Origin: Yuukianura sp. NJ FZ-2021
Lineage: Eukaryota
NCBI GenBank assembly: GCA_046563655.1
Contig: CM102290.1
Span: forward strand, 14,694,001-14,758,000
Direction of reading: 5' to 3'
DNA length: 64,000 bases
The notes below the pieces were generated by a model that was given only the letters and a program-made list of their open reading frames with translations, was not told the DNA's origin and ran no database searches. The first letter of the stretch is position 1, and the number at the start of each line of letters is the position of its first letter. Shown here piece by piece: positions 1 through 14,200 of this stretch. A program made the translations under genes and the position numbers.

Positions 1-112
1 ATCGACTAGGCTTTTGAAATTCATAATTTATGAACCTATACTTTTAAAACATTTTTTATTACTGTTACGGCTTATGTACGATATTTGCCGTCCAGATCCC
101 GTTTTTCACAGG

Positions 113-183
113 AATTGAAATAGCGAGGAGGATAGAGTGACTCCTGTGTCGGAGAGGGTGTGGGATCGTATCCCACTCAGACC
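113..183 (+). pseudogene. Degenerate tRNA-like element
   Basis: A-box-like TAGCGAGGAGGATAGAG, T-arm GTGGG-ATCGTAT-CCCAC, followed by a T run. Confidence 0.5.
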
Positions 184-3100
184 AACTTTTTTTATAGTAG
201 TTTAACAAAAACACATTTCACTCCATTGTAGTTTCTGACTCCATCAGAACAGACAATGAGTTGTTTGCCAGGAATAAGAATTAGGTGTTGTTTGTCAGGA
301 ATGAGGAATTTTTGTCAGGAATCAGGAACGCACAAAGGTAGCATAAGCAAAAAGGGTGCTTTGTTTCTGATTTAATTCTGGTGAGCCTTCTGAGATTCGC
401 GTGACTGACAGGTCCATTGGGAAGCCGTGTCAAATGGGGTTTGTGCACGGTTGTGGTTCAACTCCATGCATACCACCGCATCCCTACTAAACTAAAAGAT
501 AAGAAAACAAAGTTGTCAAAGTGCTGTCACTGTCACTACGTGACAAATGTCACCTCTCACACCACAGCTACGGAGTTATGCGCCGTTCCTAAGCAACGCA
601 CAAACAAAATTGGTTTGTCGATTTCCCGCCGCTTGGTTCAAAAAGCTTAGGAATTGAAACTTCTTCTGTGAAACAGAGATCAAAGGAACTCAAACTTTGA
701 TTGATTATCATTTTCTTCCTACTCTCTTGCCCTAGTTTATCCTTTTACAAAAGGAAATCACAGTCGTTCCATTTTCAACAAAAAAAAAACTGTTCATGCG
801 CACAACTCTAAAAAACAAGTCATTTCGATGCGTCACTTTCTCCTTTCAATGTCACTCACTTTGGTCACAAATAAAAGCACTTTCACTCCAATTCCGTTTA
901 AATTTCAAAAAATCCGAATTTTTTAAAATGAAAAATTTGAAATTGAAATTTGACAAAAAGGAGTGCAAATTTTTTAAAAAGCGAACCTTCCTGCGGTTTT
1001 CTTTTAAAAATGGGATTGGCAGAGGCTAATGTTTTGACTGGTTTGGATTAGCACACAAACGACCTTTCACTTCCGATGTCGTGCACCGAACCAAAACTAA
1101 ATCCGAACCGGAAAAACGGAACAAAGTGCAGGAACCGTTTTTTGATGTTGTAAAAACCGGGAACTTTCTTTTTCAAAAAAGCCGGCTAAGAAGGTTCCTG
1201 TTCCTGTCATTTTATACTTTCAGCCGTGTTTTTGCAAAAACGAGGTTAGAATAGTAAAACATTATTATTGACATGTTTGAGATTATAAATAAACTTTGGC
1301 ATGTTTTGTTGCCATTCGACTCGGGAACAATGGACTCTTTCAACAATAAGCTCAATTTCAAAAAAAAGTTGGCGCCTTTGTGTCGTAGAGGTAAAATTTG
1401 ATGAGTCTAATGGAGGTCACACTGCTAATGGAACAACAATTACTTAACTTTTGACAGGCTACGTGTCAGGTCAGCCGTCATTTTGGTTCGTTTCACTCTG
1501 ATTTATATCAATACAGTACAATTGTTGTCATCATAATCATCAACATCACTGTTTAAAGGAATTGTCAGGAAATACAGCAAAAGTACCGTAAAAGTTCGAA
1601 AAGCGGTCAACTTCAATAATAGTTTTCAAGAAATATGGAAGCCGTTACCGTAAAGGTTCCAAACACGGCCAAACGCCGCACTAATTTTTTTTTTTTTGCA
1701 AACCAAAAACCTTGGTTAAAGTGACCATAAAAACCATTGATAAAGAGGCCCAGAAAAGAAATTTGTTTGAACGTTTACGGTGCTTGCGAAGTGTGAAGTG
1801 GTATTAATCGACTAAAATTGAATTAAATTGGAATTAGTGTGGTTAACTATAGTTGAAATGAAGTAGCATAGAGTTACGTCGTGCACTCTAATATTATTCT
1901 TATTCCTTTGCGACAAGAATAATATTAATCATACCAAAATAGATGTGTAAAAACAAAAGACAACCTTGCTATGTTTTCTTTTGCGACGTACTCAAAGGAA
2001 TCTCATTGGTCCGTAGGCCGTACGAGTGTTTGTCTCACTTTGCCCCAAGCAAAACTTACAAAAACAAACCCATGTAACAATACGGAACCTTCACCGTAGT
2101 CGGGTGCAACAATTACAACGTTAACACTGTAACGGGCACAATCACAATCCAAGACGACCGTCTAATGCTGCCAGCATCCAGCACATCCAGCATCCAGTAC
2201 ATCCAGCATCCAAGTTCTCATTGAGTCAATTCAGTGGAAAGATAAAAGGGAGAGAGGAGGAGTGGAATCGTGTGGGAAATGTCGATATGAATTCAAAACT
2301 GGAAATGATCAACTGCGGAAACGACTGCCAACTCTTTTTTTCAAAACGGTTTTGAATTTGGTCGCATTTCTGCTTTTCTTGGCTCGAATCCTCTTTTTAG
2401 CCCAACTTTTTATGAAAAGAAAGTACGAGGAAAGAGGACAAAGTTCCAAACGTGTGAGAGAATTAAGTCCTGCAAGTGGATAAGGCCAGAAAAGGAACAA
2501 ATTTAAAATTCTGATCTTGGCGGGACTTTCTCTTTTTGAAAAAAAGGAAGTGGCGGCGACTGCTGTCACTTCACTTTCTTTGAAATTAAAGTAATCGTGG
2601 AGAAGATATAAACGTGGAGTCTGTCCAGCGGAAGATGAATGGCCCCGATTATGTTTTTAATTATGGCTTAACTCGACCTTAATTTTCAAACCACGTCTGC
2701 ATGACCTCAACACTTAAAACATTCAAAGTAGAGAGGAATTTGGTGGGAATTAGTTGATTCCCAGAGGTCAAATTTGGCTCAATGTAATTCCCGCTCCTGC
2801 CGCCCTACATTTTCATTTCTTTCCACTTTTGTGGAGAAGTTCCGTCCTATTTTTTGAATCTTTGAAACCTGGTTCAAAATTTATCGAAAAGAAATCAGTT
2901 GAGTTTGAAAATTCAGCGCGAATTTCGAATAAATAGGTGTTCCTCAGACGTAGCAAGATTTCATCAAGCAGTTTAAATAAAATATTATATTATAATTAAG
3001 TTAACTATTTAAACCGCTTTTGCTAATTGGTGCTGTTATTAGAACGTGCTTGAGCACGATTTGTTGTCGCTTTTGTAGTTTTTTTTTTTATTTTTTTCCT

Positions 3101-3233
3101 CTGATTATTTTCAAATTATTCACACCTCGTGCGCAAAGCTCCGCCCCTTTGGATTCATCCATTTCGTCCATTTCTTCCACTGGATATTCAGCCGTGGATG
3201 AAATGTCGAAAAAGTGGATATTCAGCAACACTG

Positions 3234-3325
3234 CGGTATACCAATATGTGATAATATTAACATGTGATATACCAAGATGTGATATACCAAGATGGGATAT
3301 ACAAATATGGGATATACCAATATAT
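3234..3325. repeat. 15-bp degenerate tandem repeat GATATACCAAGATG(T/G)
   Basis: About 5 copies seen directly. Confidence 0.75.
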
Positions 3326-4468
3326 TTGGGCGGATACTAAATTCTCAGTGTGCCCCAACTTTAGTCTCATTCTTAATTCCTCGCACAGCATTCTGGAGAC
3401 CACAGAGGAAGTGTGGTGGGGGACCCTTGAAGTACCCCCTCAAGTCCTTCTGTTTCTCTGTATTAACGACCAAAGTCAATCCGATTAGACACACTTTCTT
3501 AAGGTCGTAACCAATAGAAAGTGAAAGTGTATTGGGATTTGGGTTCAAAGCGGCCGTTTTGAAAAGGTGGTGCAGAGTGGGAAGGTGAGAAATAAATCAG
3601 GTCAATTGGAAATGAATAATTCCTCACCATTTCCCCTGCCCAACTACTCAATTGAATTGCATGAGTTCTCCTCAACCTTACGGCCCTTTAGTACTCCACA
3701 CATTACGTCCATCGCTTTTTGGAATTTCACTTCACTTTCCTTTTCCCTCTCTCTTGTACTCCGTGTTCAAAAAGTCACGTTTTACCCCAACAATCTAATC
3801 CTGTAACGTTTTGAGTAGCACAAAATACAGCGTGTAGTAGTTCCAGAAGGTAACAAGCCATTGTTTCTAATGAATTGTTCCGAATGAATTGCCTCAAAAG
3901 CAACTGCTCCGAAAGGTAAATTGTTCCGAAAGACAAGACACTTTTTAAAACATCTAAGGGATACGTACGAACATTTTTTTTGAAATGCTGCTCTAACATC
4001 TATTTTTCAGTCATGCTTGAAAATTAACCGCGAAATTTTGAAGAAAATTTTTGAATTTAATGATCGCACTCTGATTTCAAATTTTGTCACCCGCGGCGTA
4101 CACTTCATTTTTGGATTCAAAATTACTCAACCGTGAAGAGTACTTCAAATTCAAATTTGGCACCAACTTACAAATCACTCTTCAAATTCAAAATTTACAA
4201 ACCACTCAACCGTTTTCCCTCTTCATTCTGCATATTCAGCAGCTTTCAAAAAAAATTTGACTAAAGAGCATAACCAGAAGTGGAGAAAGTTAGAGCCCAG
4301 AAAAGACTCAATTCTTGTTTTCTTGGTTCTTGGCTCAAGGTCTGTTTAGATTACACCAAAAATTAGACTAGTCAACATTAGGTTTAAGAATAACATATGT
4401 TAGGTTAGCATAACCTAAAAAATTGTGTAGGGTTGGACATGTCTCCAGCGACATTCGAGCGACGTGGG

Positions 4469-4691
4469 CAAGTTTTGTTGACTTTGATTTCTTTAACAGG
4501 TTGAGTAATACCTCATGTTTTTTTCGATTTTGCAAAAAAGAGTTCATGGTATCGTAGTCATAACAATACAGCCGAATTTTTTAAATTTTAATACGAATTG
4601 TACCAATTTTTGTTTCTAATTTTTTTGTCAACAAGAGAGGTAGTACTCAACCTGTTAAAGAAAATTCATTTTTGGCTGTCAAGGAACCTTG
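4469..4691 (+). mobile_element. CAAGG-end MITE, subfamily A
   Basis: Termini CAAGTTT...AACCTTG, internal IR TTCTTTAACAGGTTGAGTA/TACTCAACCTGTTAAAGAA, degenerate 8-bp TSD GACGTGGG/GACGGGGT. Similar along its length to 10995-11239. Confidence 0.85.
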
Positions 4692-4737
4692 GACGGGGTT
4701 TCATGTCTCCCTAAAAGCCTGTTTTCCAGCTAAGCTT

Positions 4738-4812
4738 TTGAGGAGGCTCAGCGGAGAGAGAAATTGAAGCGATATCTGGAGAGGAGTTGTGAGTTCGAAT
4801 CCCGGCGTCTGT
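4738..4812 (+). pseudogene. Degenerate tRNA-like element
   Basis: GGCTCAGCGGAGAGAG A-box-like sequence and B-box GAGTTCGAATCCC. Stems pair poorly. Confidence 0.45.
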
Positions 4813-7800
4813 GTTTTCTGGCGCGCCTATTCAAAAGGTTCTTGGAGGAACAAGAAAAAAGTTGGTTATAAAGACGGGCTTTTCCTGAACTTAGCCCCAC
4901 AGTCATAATTTGTAGCTCTCAGCTGGATTTTCAAAACTCCCGGGCTCCACTCGCCCTCTTTTCTCCCGCTTTTCATGGTTTGAATGGTGGTTCACAATTT
5001 TTAAAAAAATTTAAAAAGTGGAAGAGGAATCTCCCCGCGGGGGCACTTAAGAAACGCGATCCTCGGACAAGGCATTTTGAACAGCAATTTGGAGAAGACA
5101 GTGCAAGAATTTTTAAAATCTTGCATCTCTGGAATTTTGGAGAAAAAAAAATTTGAAAACGCTTTTAAACTAAAACAAGCCTGTTTTCACTCAACTCAAG
5201 CAGCGTATTAGTGAAAAAAAAATTGAAAAAAAAAGTCTTCGTGTTCGTCAGTTTTGCTAAAATTGATAAATACTTCGCATGCCGTTTTCCTGCTTTGAAA
5301 ATTTGAAAATATTGATCAAAATTTTGAAAAACAAAAACCATTCTCCTAAAAGTGAAAAAGTGCAAGTGATTTTTTGAAAAACGTGGGAAAACAAATTTCA
5401 GAAGGTAAAAAAAAATTCTCTTTAATTTCCTGTTTTGGAGAGAAAAATTTAAAAAAAATTGATTTCGAAAGTCTGCATCGAACAAAAAACGCGGTATGAA
5501 ATTTTCCTGATTTTATTTTTTAGTTTTGCAGTTTTTTGCCCCTCCAGGGACGTTTTTATTCAAACGACTTCCGAAATCTCTCCCAATTTTTTTTAGAAAA
5601 TGGAAAAAGTTTTTTAGAACAAAAATTTTAAAAGGAAAAACTGAAACTGAAATAGAAAAAGAAATTAAAGTCTAGTTTCCCGTGAGAGTTTCCGAAAGAA
5701 AAGTATGACAAAATCCATTTGATTTAAAAGCAAAACCGGATTCAATATCTACTGTATACTAGTAAAGGAAAAGTTTTCTTTTTTGAAACTTTTCAAAATT
5801 TCGAAATCTCGTTTGTGCTAGTACTAAACCTAGTTTAGAAATCGTTGCTTAGCCAAAAACGCAATGTTAACTTAATATCCTAATCTGAATCTAGATCCAG
5901 CAGAATCACGCCACTTGACTTTCACTTATGCACTAACAACTACATGCTACTCACTTCATGATAAAAAATGGTTCTCATGAATTTCAAATTTGGACCGGAG
6001 AATTTCCGTTTTTCACAAAAAAAATGCATCTAAAAATTTCCAATTCCCAAATTCCCTGCGCCAATTTTTTTTGTTTTAAACGAAAACCGAGTTCCAACGC
6101 TTTTCCAAACTCAAAAAAATTTCTGCAAACACTGAAAAACATTTCTCCAAAATCATAATAAACTAAATCTTTGCTAAGCATGTTTTGTTACACTATTTTT
6201 CAAAATTCTGTTGAACACTTTTTTTTCAAAATTTCATTGTTTTCAGTTTTTTTTGTCAAAAAAAGCCCTTGATATGTGTAGAGAGTGTTGAGTAGGAAGG
6301 GAGTTGAAGTCATCCAGTGCTAAATTGCTTGTTCCTAAACCAAGGAAAAATGGGAAAAGAAAGTAAAGCTGAAAATGAGACACTTTCTCCTGCCAACCTA
6401 ACGCAAGTCTTATAGCCTAACCTACGTTAGGTTAGCCTAACGTATCCTTAGCCTAACGCAAAACCTAACCAAAGCCCTCCTATTTTCTGTCTCCATTTCT
6501 TTTTCCAGTCCATTTGAGTCCGTCCAGAACTGAGAGATGATAATCGTAGGTCCCTTTTCCTCTCTCCAAACTTCTACAAAGAAACAACGAACAAGGAAAA
6601 CCTAACCTAAAAATCCTACTTTTGTGTGTTAACCTAACGTAAAACATAGTCTAAAACCTAACGTAAAAAAGAAAAACCAAGACAAAGGATTTCGGAAAGT
6701 CATTTATCCAAATAGTCCCTTCAAAATAAAATACTAAAACACAAATCGAACTTTTCCCGCTCTTTCTAGCCTAACTCGGAACCTATTTTTTGAAAAACTT
6801 TAAACCTAGCCTATTGTCTTGGTCGAAAAACTAGCAGTATCGCCTAACTTTTCACTTTTTTTGAAAAACGAAATCCTGAAAAACGAAGTCATTTTCTTCT
6901 CAAAACCTAACAATTTCCAGTTTTGCTTGAACAAAGAAAATGTATGGAGTTATGATCATGTTAAAACCAAATCAATTCGATTTACTGAAAACATTTTTCT
7001 CAAAATTCTACTTTTCCTGTACAAATTTCAGAAGAAACATATGTTGAAAATGTCATTCAAAAAAAAAGATTTTGAAAATGTCATTGAAGAAACACATTTC
7101 GAAAATGTCGTTCTAAAAATGAATTTTGGAACAAATGAGACGCGTTTTCACAATCTAAAAATCTTTTTCCAAAAGAGAAAATATGGAGAAAAACTCGGAC
7201 CACAAAAAGTTTCTAGTCTTTGTTAAGTTTTGTAAATTTTTAAGTTTTTCAAAATGTCAAGTACAGTGGGTCCATTTTGACAGAAATTTTGAAGCCTTTT
7301 TGGAAAGTAACATTTAGAGCAAAAAATAAATTTTAGAACAAAATGTAAATCTGAGAATAAAAAGTTCTTTTTTGACAAGTATTAAAAATATAGAAATCGA
7401 AACACGATTGTAGAGTAATAAAAGCAGGGAAAAAAAGTTCATTTTTATTCTAAATCAGAATAGAGTAAATGGAAATTGAGTGTAATCTAAATTTAAGTTC
7501 ACTTTGAATGCGGTTTTTAATGGCCCCATCCTAGACAAAATTAAGTAGCTCAGAGCGCACTTTTGGCGCGTTCAAATTGCCGCATTTGAAAAGCGCTTCC
7601 TTTTCAAAGTCCCATTTAAGCTTAGACTTAGAGAGAAACCAATCTGCCCCAGATTAAAAATGAATGACCTCTGACCTCCACTTTCCAAACACAAAGGAAA
7701 TGCGCGCAACGGAGAGCGTGACACCTAAAAACTTCTGTATCTAACCCAACACTTTGTACCGGATGAACCTAAATTATTAAGTACTCCCTTTTGTTCAAAC

Positions 7801-8119
7801 AGGAAGCACTACTTTCGCGGTTGAACTTGTGCACCACCCTGTACATTTGGCTTTTCCTGCTCCAAAGAAGTAAACATTAAAAAGAGTTTGAATTGGACTG
7901 GAAATTAAGGATCATCATTGAGTAGCTGGAAGAAGTGACTTTTTAAGGGAAGTCGTTAGATTGAGGTGCCCTTGAAGGTGTTTCCTATTTTACGCCAATT
8001 TACGACGACTTTCAAATCCAATTTTTCCCGGAATCTCGAAACATCTTCTTTCACAATTCCCATACAAATCTAATTGAATTTCACGCCTTAAGCCTGGTTC
8101 ACACCGACAGTTTGTCGGC

Positions 8120-8291
8120 CAGTGTTGCTGGAAATATACTTTTTCGATATTTCATCCAGTGGATATAACGTTTCGTCCAGTTTCTTCCGGATAAAACGGC
8201 TGGATAAATTGGATATATCCAATTAAATCCGGATCCTTTCACAAATTTTGAATGAGATAAGAAGAAACGTTTTATCCATTTACCAGCACTG
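8120..8291 (+). mobile_element. Small hAT-like MITE with GGATA/TATCC subterminal repeats
   Basis: CAGTGTTG...CAGCACTG termini and a partial TSD (both ending CGGC). An inverted copy of its left end lies at ~3150-3233. Confidence 0.6.
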
Positions 8292-8398
8292 GTTCCGGCG
8301 CCATAAATATGAAAAACCGTGATGAAAAAGGAGATCAAAACACAGTAGAAAGAAATTGCTGTGTTAAGCAGCCTGCTGACTCCATCATGTCCACAACT

Positions 8399-8469
8399 GA
8401 ACCTGATAGCTCAATTGGTAGAGAGAATCTTCCGGAGTAGGAGATGTGGGTTCGAGTCACACTCGGTTC
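8399..8469 (+). pseudogene. tRNA-like element
   Basis: Acceptor GAACC(T)GA/TCGGTTC, A-box TAGCTCAATTGGTAGAG, B-box GGTTCGAGTC, non-canonical anticodon arm, T-rich 3' flank. Confidence 0.7.
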
Positions 8470-10554
8470 TTTAATTTTTCTGCACTGCCATTCTTTGTCT
8501 CTCAATCCACGTTCAACCGGAACCTCAAAATAAGTGTGAGAGTGGGAAACGTAAAAATGTAACATTTAAAATTAATTATCAAAATTATGACTTAACAAAA
8601 GCTAGTTTTGAAATGAAATGTTTTGAAACTGAAATGTCAAATAACCATAGATCAGCACCTATTATAGATTTGTGTTGAGTAATTTTAAGAGTAAACGTGT
8701 TAGTATGAGTGAAATTGTTTAATTCGCGCCGCGTCCGGATATTCCTTGGTGTGAACGTGGCTTTAGCCGTCTGCTTTCTCTGACAACACGCAGGAAGTGG
8801 AGCAGAAATGATTGGGGCCAAATTCTTGTGATGCCGAGAGACCTTGTTGAAACGATGTGAGGCCTTCAGCAGCACAACTCTTCAAGTGTCGTCTCTGGAC
8901 AGCCCAAATACTCACACTCATGAAAATCCAATAAATATTTTCTTACTTTCCTTCTTTTCCAACGACATCTTCAGTCCAATAACAAGATTGCCAAAGAAAT
9001 TTCAAAAAAAAGTTTTCAAAAAAGGATTTCCAATTAGGTACTTGTTAATTTCCGGAATAACATCAAAGAAAACCTAAAAACTGAACTAAAAGTTTTCGAA
9101 CTTTTCGTCTTTCAAAACTTTCAGTCAAGGTTAGCATGACGTAGGTTCAAAATTTCTAAACCAGGAGCTATACTACACCTCAAAACTTTTGTTTTTCTGA
9201 AATTGTGTTCATTTTGTTTTAAAGTGCACATTTTTTATTGTTACAATTTTTTACAAAGTCTGTTTGAGAGAGAAAGTTCTCCATTTCTCTTAAAATAGCA
9301 AAAACTCTTTTCCACTTTTTTTTTTGAAATTCTACTCTCTTTTTTGAACTTTTTTTTCAAAGTTGAAACTCGTGTTTTTTTTTCTCTTGTAACTTGGCGT
9401 TCCGTTGACTGGATTCAATAATTACTTTCTCTTTTGTCTCTCCCACTCTTTCTCTCTGATGCAACTGTAATTGGAGTTTCATTTCAAAAGCGAAAGGAGC
9501 GGGAGAAGGGAGCAGCGTGTTTCGTTACTCAAAAGTGGAAGTTAGGTTAGTCAGAGTGAATTCGTGTTAACAACTGGAGTCCAAGTATAGTTAGTGTCAT
9601 TCTCTTTCCAATTTCTCATTTAATTACAGCCCCAAACACTTCACTTTTTAAATATTTCACTCCTCCCTTTTCCTAAAACTGTACAGAAAGTTACTTGTGC
9701 TTTCACTTTTGAATTTTAGTGCCCAGAAGTATGAGTGTACTTTTAGTTTTTTAATTTTGGTGGTGTTTGGAGACGAGATAAATTTGAAAATAAACATTTG
9801 GGTTTTGGGGAATGTTGTGTTTCAAAGTTATTCGGTTTCCGAAAAGATCAAACAAGTTGGAACAACCTTCCTGTTTGGTTTGTTGAACGAGCTCAATTTA
9901 CGTTTAGCTTTTCAAACGGAGCATTTGTTTAATGTACAGCGTGACTCACAATAATCTAATGACAGCTTTTGGCTCGAAATTAATCCTTGTACAGCTTAGT
10001 CAGAAATATGAATTTCCAAAAGCTCAAAAGTTGGACCAATCCTCAGAAAATGACAAATGTTAAATATTCTAGTGAAGAGGTGCACGAATCTAAAAGTTTG
10101 CGTTTTAGTTTGCTAAACCTCTTGGGTTTTCGATTCAGACGTTTACAAGTATACGGAGTGTAATGATTTTAAACTGTGCGGTGCACAACTCTAATAGTCT
10201 TCAGTGTAAAAGTTTTTGAGTGGGTGCAGGAGTCTAAAAAATGTTTTTCTTTACTTTGTTGAGCGAATTAAGACAAAAGGCAAGGAACAAATTGAAATTC
10301 AAATCGTACGGGAAAGGAACATAAGCACTTTTGGGACGTTTGAGCACACGACACACTTTGTACTTGTTCAAGGGAAGGAAAACAGAGCGGGAAAAAGCAG
10401 CGGATTCAAAAGTTTGAACACAACTCAGCACCAGATCTTTGTCGTCTCACGGAATCCGACCAATCAATCTCAAAGGACTTTGGACCAGCTACCCATGAAA
10501 CCGAGCTTAACAAAAACCAGACCTATTGACTCTTTTTTACGGTTTCAGTTTCTA

Positions 10555-10728
10555 CCACCTCATTTTAGTCGATTAATAACACATATTTGCCATTACGTCT
10601 ATTTTATTCATTACACCTCAAGCGACACTGACTAATTTTTGGCTTAATTTATTCATGAAAAAAAAAATGTTTGCAAATTATACCAAGTTGGATAAATCGG
10701 AGGTGGTATTAATCGATTTAAACGGTGG
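10555..10728. mobile_element. Probable MITE with imperfect ~26-bp TIR (core TCGATTAATA)
   Basis: CCACC..TTTAGTCGATTAATAACAC versus GTGGTATTAATCGATTTAAACGGTGG. A related solo end lies at ~1798-1822. No clear TSD. Confidence 0.5.
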
Positions 10729-10994
10729 CGAGTAAAAGTAAAATTTGGCATGATTTCTTTACATTTTGAAAAATGTGTACAGACAAGAGCAGCTGTCTAG
10801 TGCTACGGTTTCAAATCATTTGTCTCCTGGATTTGCTTTCTCCGTCCAACTTTCCCTACCACTATTTTTCCATGTCACAACGTTACAAATTTCAAAAAAG
10901 AAAAATAACGAATAAAAACCGATTTTGAAAAAAGTGGATTGTGAAAAACGTCGCTTTTGTGTAGTGAAAAAAGTTCATAGTTGAAAGTGCAGAA

Positions 10995-11239
10995 CAAGGT
11001 TTGTTGGCTTTGATTTTCTTTAACAGGTTGGGTACTACCTCATGTTTTTTGATTTTGCAAAAAAAGTAACCTTTCGTTTCAGGGCATCCTAGTCATCACA
11101 ATACAGCCGAATTTTTTAAATTTTGCATTCGAATTGGTACTAAATTTTTGTCTATTTTTTCGTTTTTCTTTTGTCAAAAACAAACGAGGTAGTACCCAAC
11201 CTGTTAAATAAAATTGCTTTTAGTTGTCAAGGAACCTTG
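10995..11239 (+). mobile_element. CAAGG-end MITE, subfamily A
   Basis: CAAGGTT...AACCTTG, internal IR TTTAACAGGTTGGGTACTACCTC/GAGGTAGTACCCAACCTGTTAAA, TSD GTGCAGAA/ATGCAGAG (6/8). Confidence 0.88.
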
Positions 11240-14200
11240 ATGCAGAGACTACTTGAACTAGCGGTAAATTCAAACAAAAATTGGTAGGAAAGTGAAAGTT
11301 TATTAGATTTTTGGATGACGCTGTACATTTCACTCTGTCGATTGAATGGAGTATAAAGAGAAGATTTTGAATTTAATTCCAGTTTGAAGTGGCTGGTTCT
11401 CCACATACAACGTTATTCATTTGAACTCAATTTGTAAGTGGCGCGTCTAATTTTAAATTTTGTTCAAATAACTTTCAAATGCTGTTCAAATAAGTTTTTG
11501 AAAATTAGTTGAATCGTCTTTACTATTTGACGTGGTTTCGGTGGTTTTGTCACAAAACCTGTCAAAATCTAAATTCCAAATTGAGGTTTGATGACTTATT
11601 TAGCATGTTTTACCTTTGACGGTGACTTTTTGAACCGCCAAAATTTTGAACTTGTTCAAAACTTGTTCAAACAAGCCTCATTTTGAACTCGTTCTAATAA
11701 AAGTTTATTTTGAACTTCCGACATTTTCGGATTTCCTGCCACCGACAGTTATATTCTTCCGTTTTCAATTCAACAGCGGTGGATGTACTCATAAATCTCC
11801 TTTTCAAAAAACATTTTTTAAGAAAAAGTTCGGAGAATTTTTTTTCAAAAAAGACAAAAAAAAAATTATAGTAAAGTGGCAATTTGCAATTCTCATCATT
11901 CACCTTTCTACTCTCTCGCACGTTGAACTTTGAAATTTTGAACTTTTGAAATTTTCCCGCTCTTGGAAAGGAATGTCGCCAAAAGTGAGAACTTTTTGTA
12001 AGGCTAAGTTTCAATTAAGAAACAATTGGAATTAGTTTCTCTCCACATTTTCAAAATGTCAAAAACTTTAAGCGGCGACCATTTCCAAAAACTTGTCCCA
12101 AATTAAAATCATAATGAACAAAAGTTTTTGAGAAAAAAAAGTTTCAAAAAAGTCAAAACTCTGTCTGAAACAGAATAATTTGATTTTAAACATTTCCATC
12201 TCTTAAAAAAACGTAAGTTTCCAAAAAAATTTCTAGAATATGCAAAAGAAAAAAATTACAAATGCTTTCGCAACTTTTCGCAACTTTCAGGCTAAGTAAA
12301 GTTATGCTAACTTTTTTTTCTGCACTTAAACATAACTTTTGCAATTGAAATTTAAGCAAGAAGTTATAACTAATGTAAAACGTGTGTGTCCGTGCTTGTG
12401 CGAAAAGCTTTTCTGTTCTTTAGTTGTACAAAAGTCTAAAAAACTAAAACTTTTTTTTGCAAAAAGTTGTTGTAAAACTAAATTTTTTAAAACAAGGTTT
12501 GCCTCTAGAAGCCACGTAAAAGAACAGAGACTTTGATGCATTCAAAGGAATAATTGAGTCACAGAAACGCGCGGGAACTTTTCAAATTTTTGTTAAAAAG
12601 TTGGAACTGTGGACCTTGTACTCCCATCTTCTTATTTTTGAAAAGTTCCCGCCTTTTTGCATTTTTTGTTGAAATTTTTCCATGTTAAACCAAAATTACA
12701 CTTTTCGTAGTATCCACACGCACGCATGCAAATTGATGCATACAAATCCCGGGAAACTTTTGAAAATTTAAATTTGAGTAGCACTGTGGCGCTCTTTCAT
12801 TAGTTTCCGTGGTTGTCCCTGTCAACCTTAGAACCCACTTTGTCCTTGACTCTCTTCCAGCTTTTGGTTGTGCAAAATAATAAAGTGTTGGCCGCTAAAG
12901 TTCAAAAGAATAAAGTTCCTTTATTGCCAATAAGACCTATAATTTATGGCCCAATCCTCCTGCAAAAGCGAAAAAAATGAAAAATTGCACAAAAGTTATT
13001 GAAACGAAGCATCACTGGGCACAACCTCAACTTTTTACCCCCACTCATGAACATGCATGGGCAAGGTTTTCAAAACGCCGGAAATGTTGTTCCTTAGCAT
13101 TGGAAAATTTCAAATTTGAACTCTAACTTAATCATAATCACCGAACAGTGTACTAAACCTAAACTTGATCCTGGTACAGTGGAACCCCTCAATTTGGGAT
13201 TAACGGTTAAAGGTTAGTTTGAACATTTTTAAGCTCTTCTATCCTTGGAAGTTTTGTTTTCTTTTGTCGTTGAATTTAGTGTAAGAGGTTTTAGATTTTG
13301 CTGGAAATGCTAAGCCCAATTAGGAATGTCTGGTGAAGCCAAAGAATAAAGTTTTGGAAACCACAAGAGCTAAGTTTTGTGCCATATCTCATCTTTTTGG
13401 TCTTAGAAACTTCTAACTTTTGTCCTTTGTTTTCCAATGTCTTTCATTAGTCCCACTTACTTCAAAAGACACTCATTAACACCTTCCCACAACTTCCACT
13501 TTCCTCTACTCTTATGCCCCGCCCCCTCTTCATGCTTTTTACTTTTCACTTCTCCTAGGTCTCATTTTAACTCGTTTTGTTTCCTTTTCGATTTTCTCAT
13601 CACTGGCCCTTTTACGCTTCCTCTTTTTTCTCGTTTTACTTTTACTTTTGTGTAGCTTTTTTTCACGTTTTGTGTTTTTTTACGTTTTACGTTCTTTTTA
13701 CGTTTCGCGTCTTTTTACGTTTTACATTTTTTACGTTTCATGTAGCGTGTTCATTTTGTTTCTAAGTATACCGAAATCGAACTTCTATATTGATTGCTTG
13801 TCGAGTTTTTTTTTGCGTATTTTGCGTTACTTTTGAGAACCAGATTTTTCAAGTTTTTAGCGCTTTTCGTTTCTATTTTTTCTCTCTTTTCTTTTATTCT
13901 TTCATCACATCTCCACTTTTCCTCTTCGTCTCACATTTCGTTTTTTTGTGTGTGCTTTTTCCACTTTGCACTTTCACTTTTCACACCTTTTCTTTTTCCC
14001 GCTCTTCTCAAATTGCAGTGGGTTTACTTTAGTGTCTGGTGTGTTTTGTGGGGTTGGAGTCTAAATGTACACTTTTGACACTTTTCCATTTGTCATTTGG
14101 AAGAAATTGTGGCACCAAAAATGGAACTGACACCAACAACATATCATGCACTTAGCACAGAGCAGCTGAAAAATTGGTTCAGTTTTACATTTGGTCGGAG

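Noticed and set aside
1585..1779. Possible Tc1/pogo-like MITE (TACCGTAAA...TTTACGGTG) and a solo TACAGTGGAACCCC end at ~13174
   Set aside because: TIR match is short, the TA TSD is imperfect or the partner end is missing. Not enough support to call.
8399..8469. Functional tRNA gene (also 28329-28398 and 55970-56039)
   Set aside because: Anticodon arm and loop geometry and acceptor stems are non-canonical, so no anticodon can be assigned. Reported as tRNA-like elements instead.
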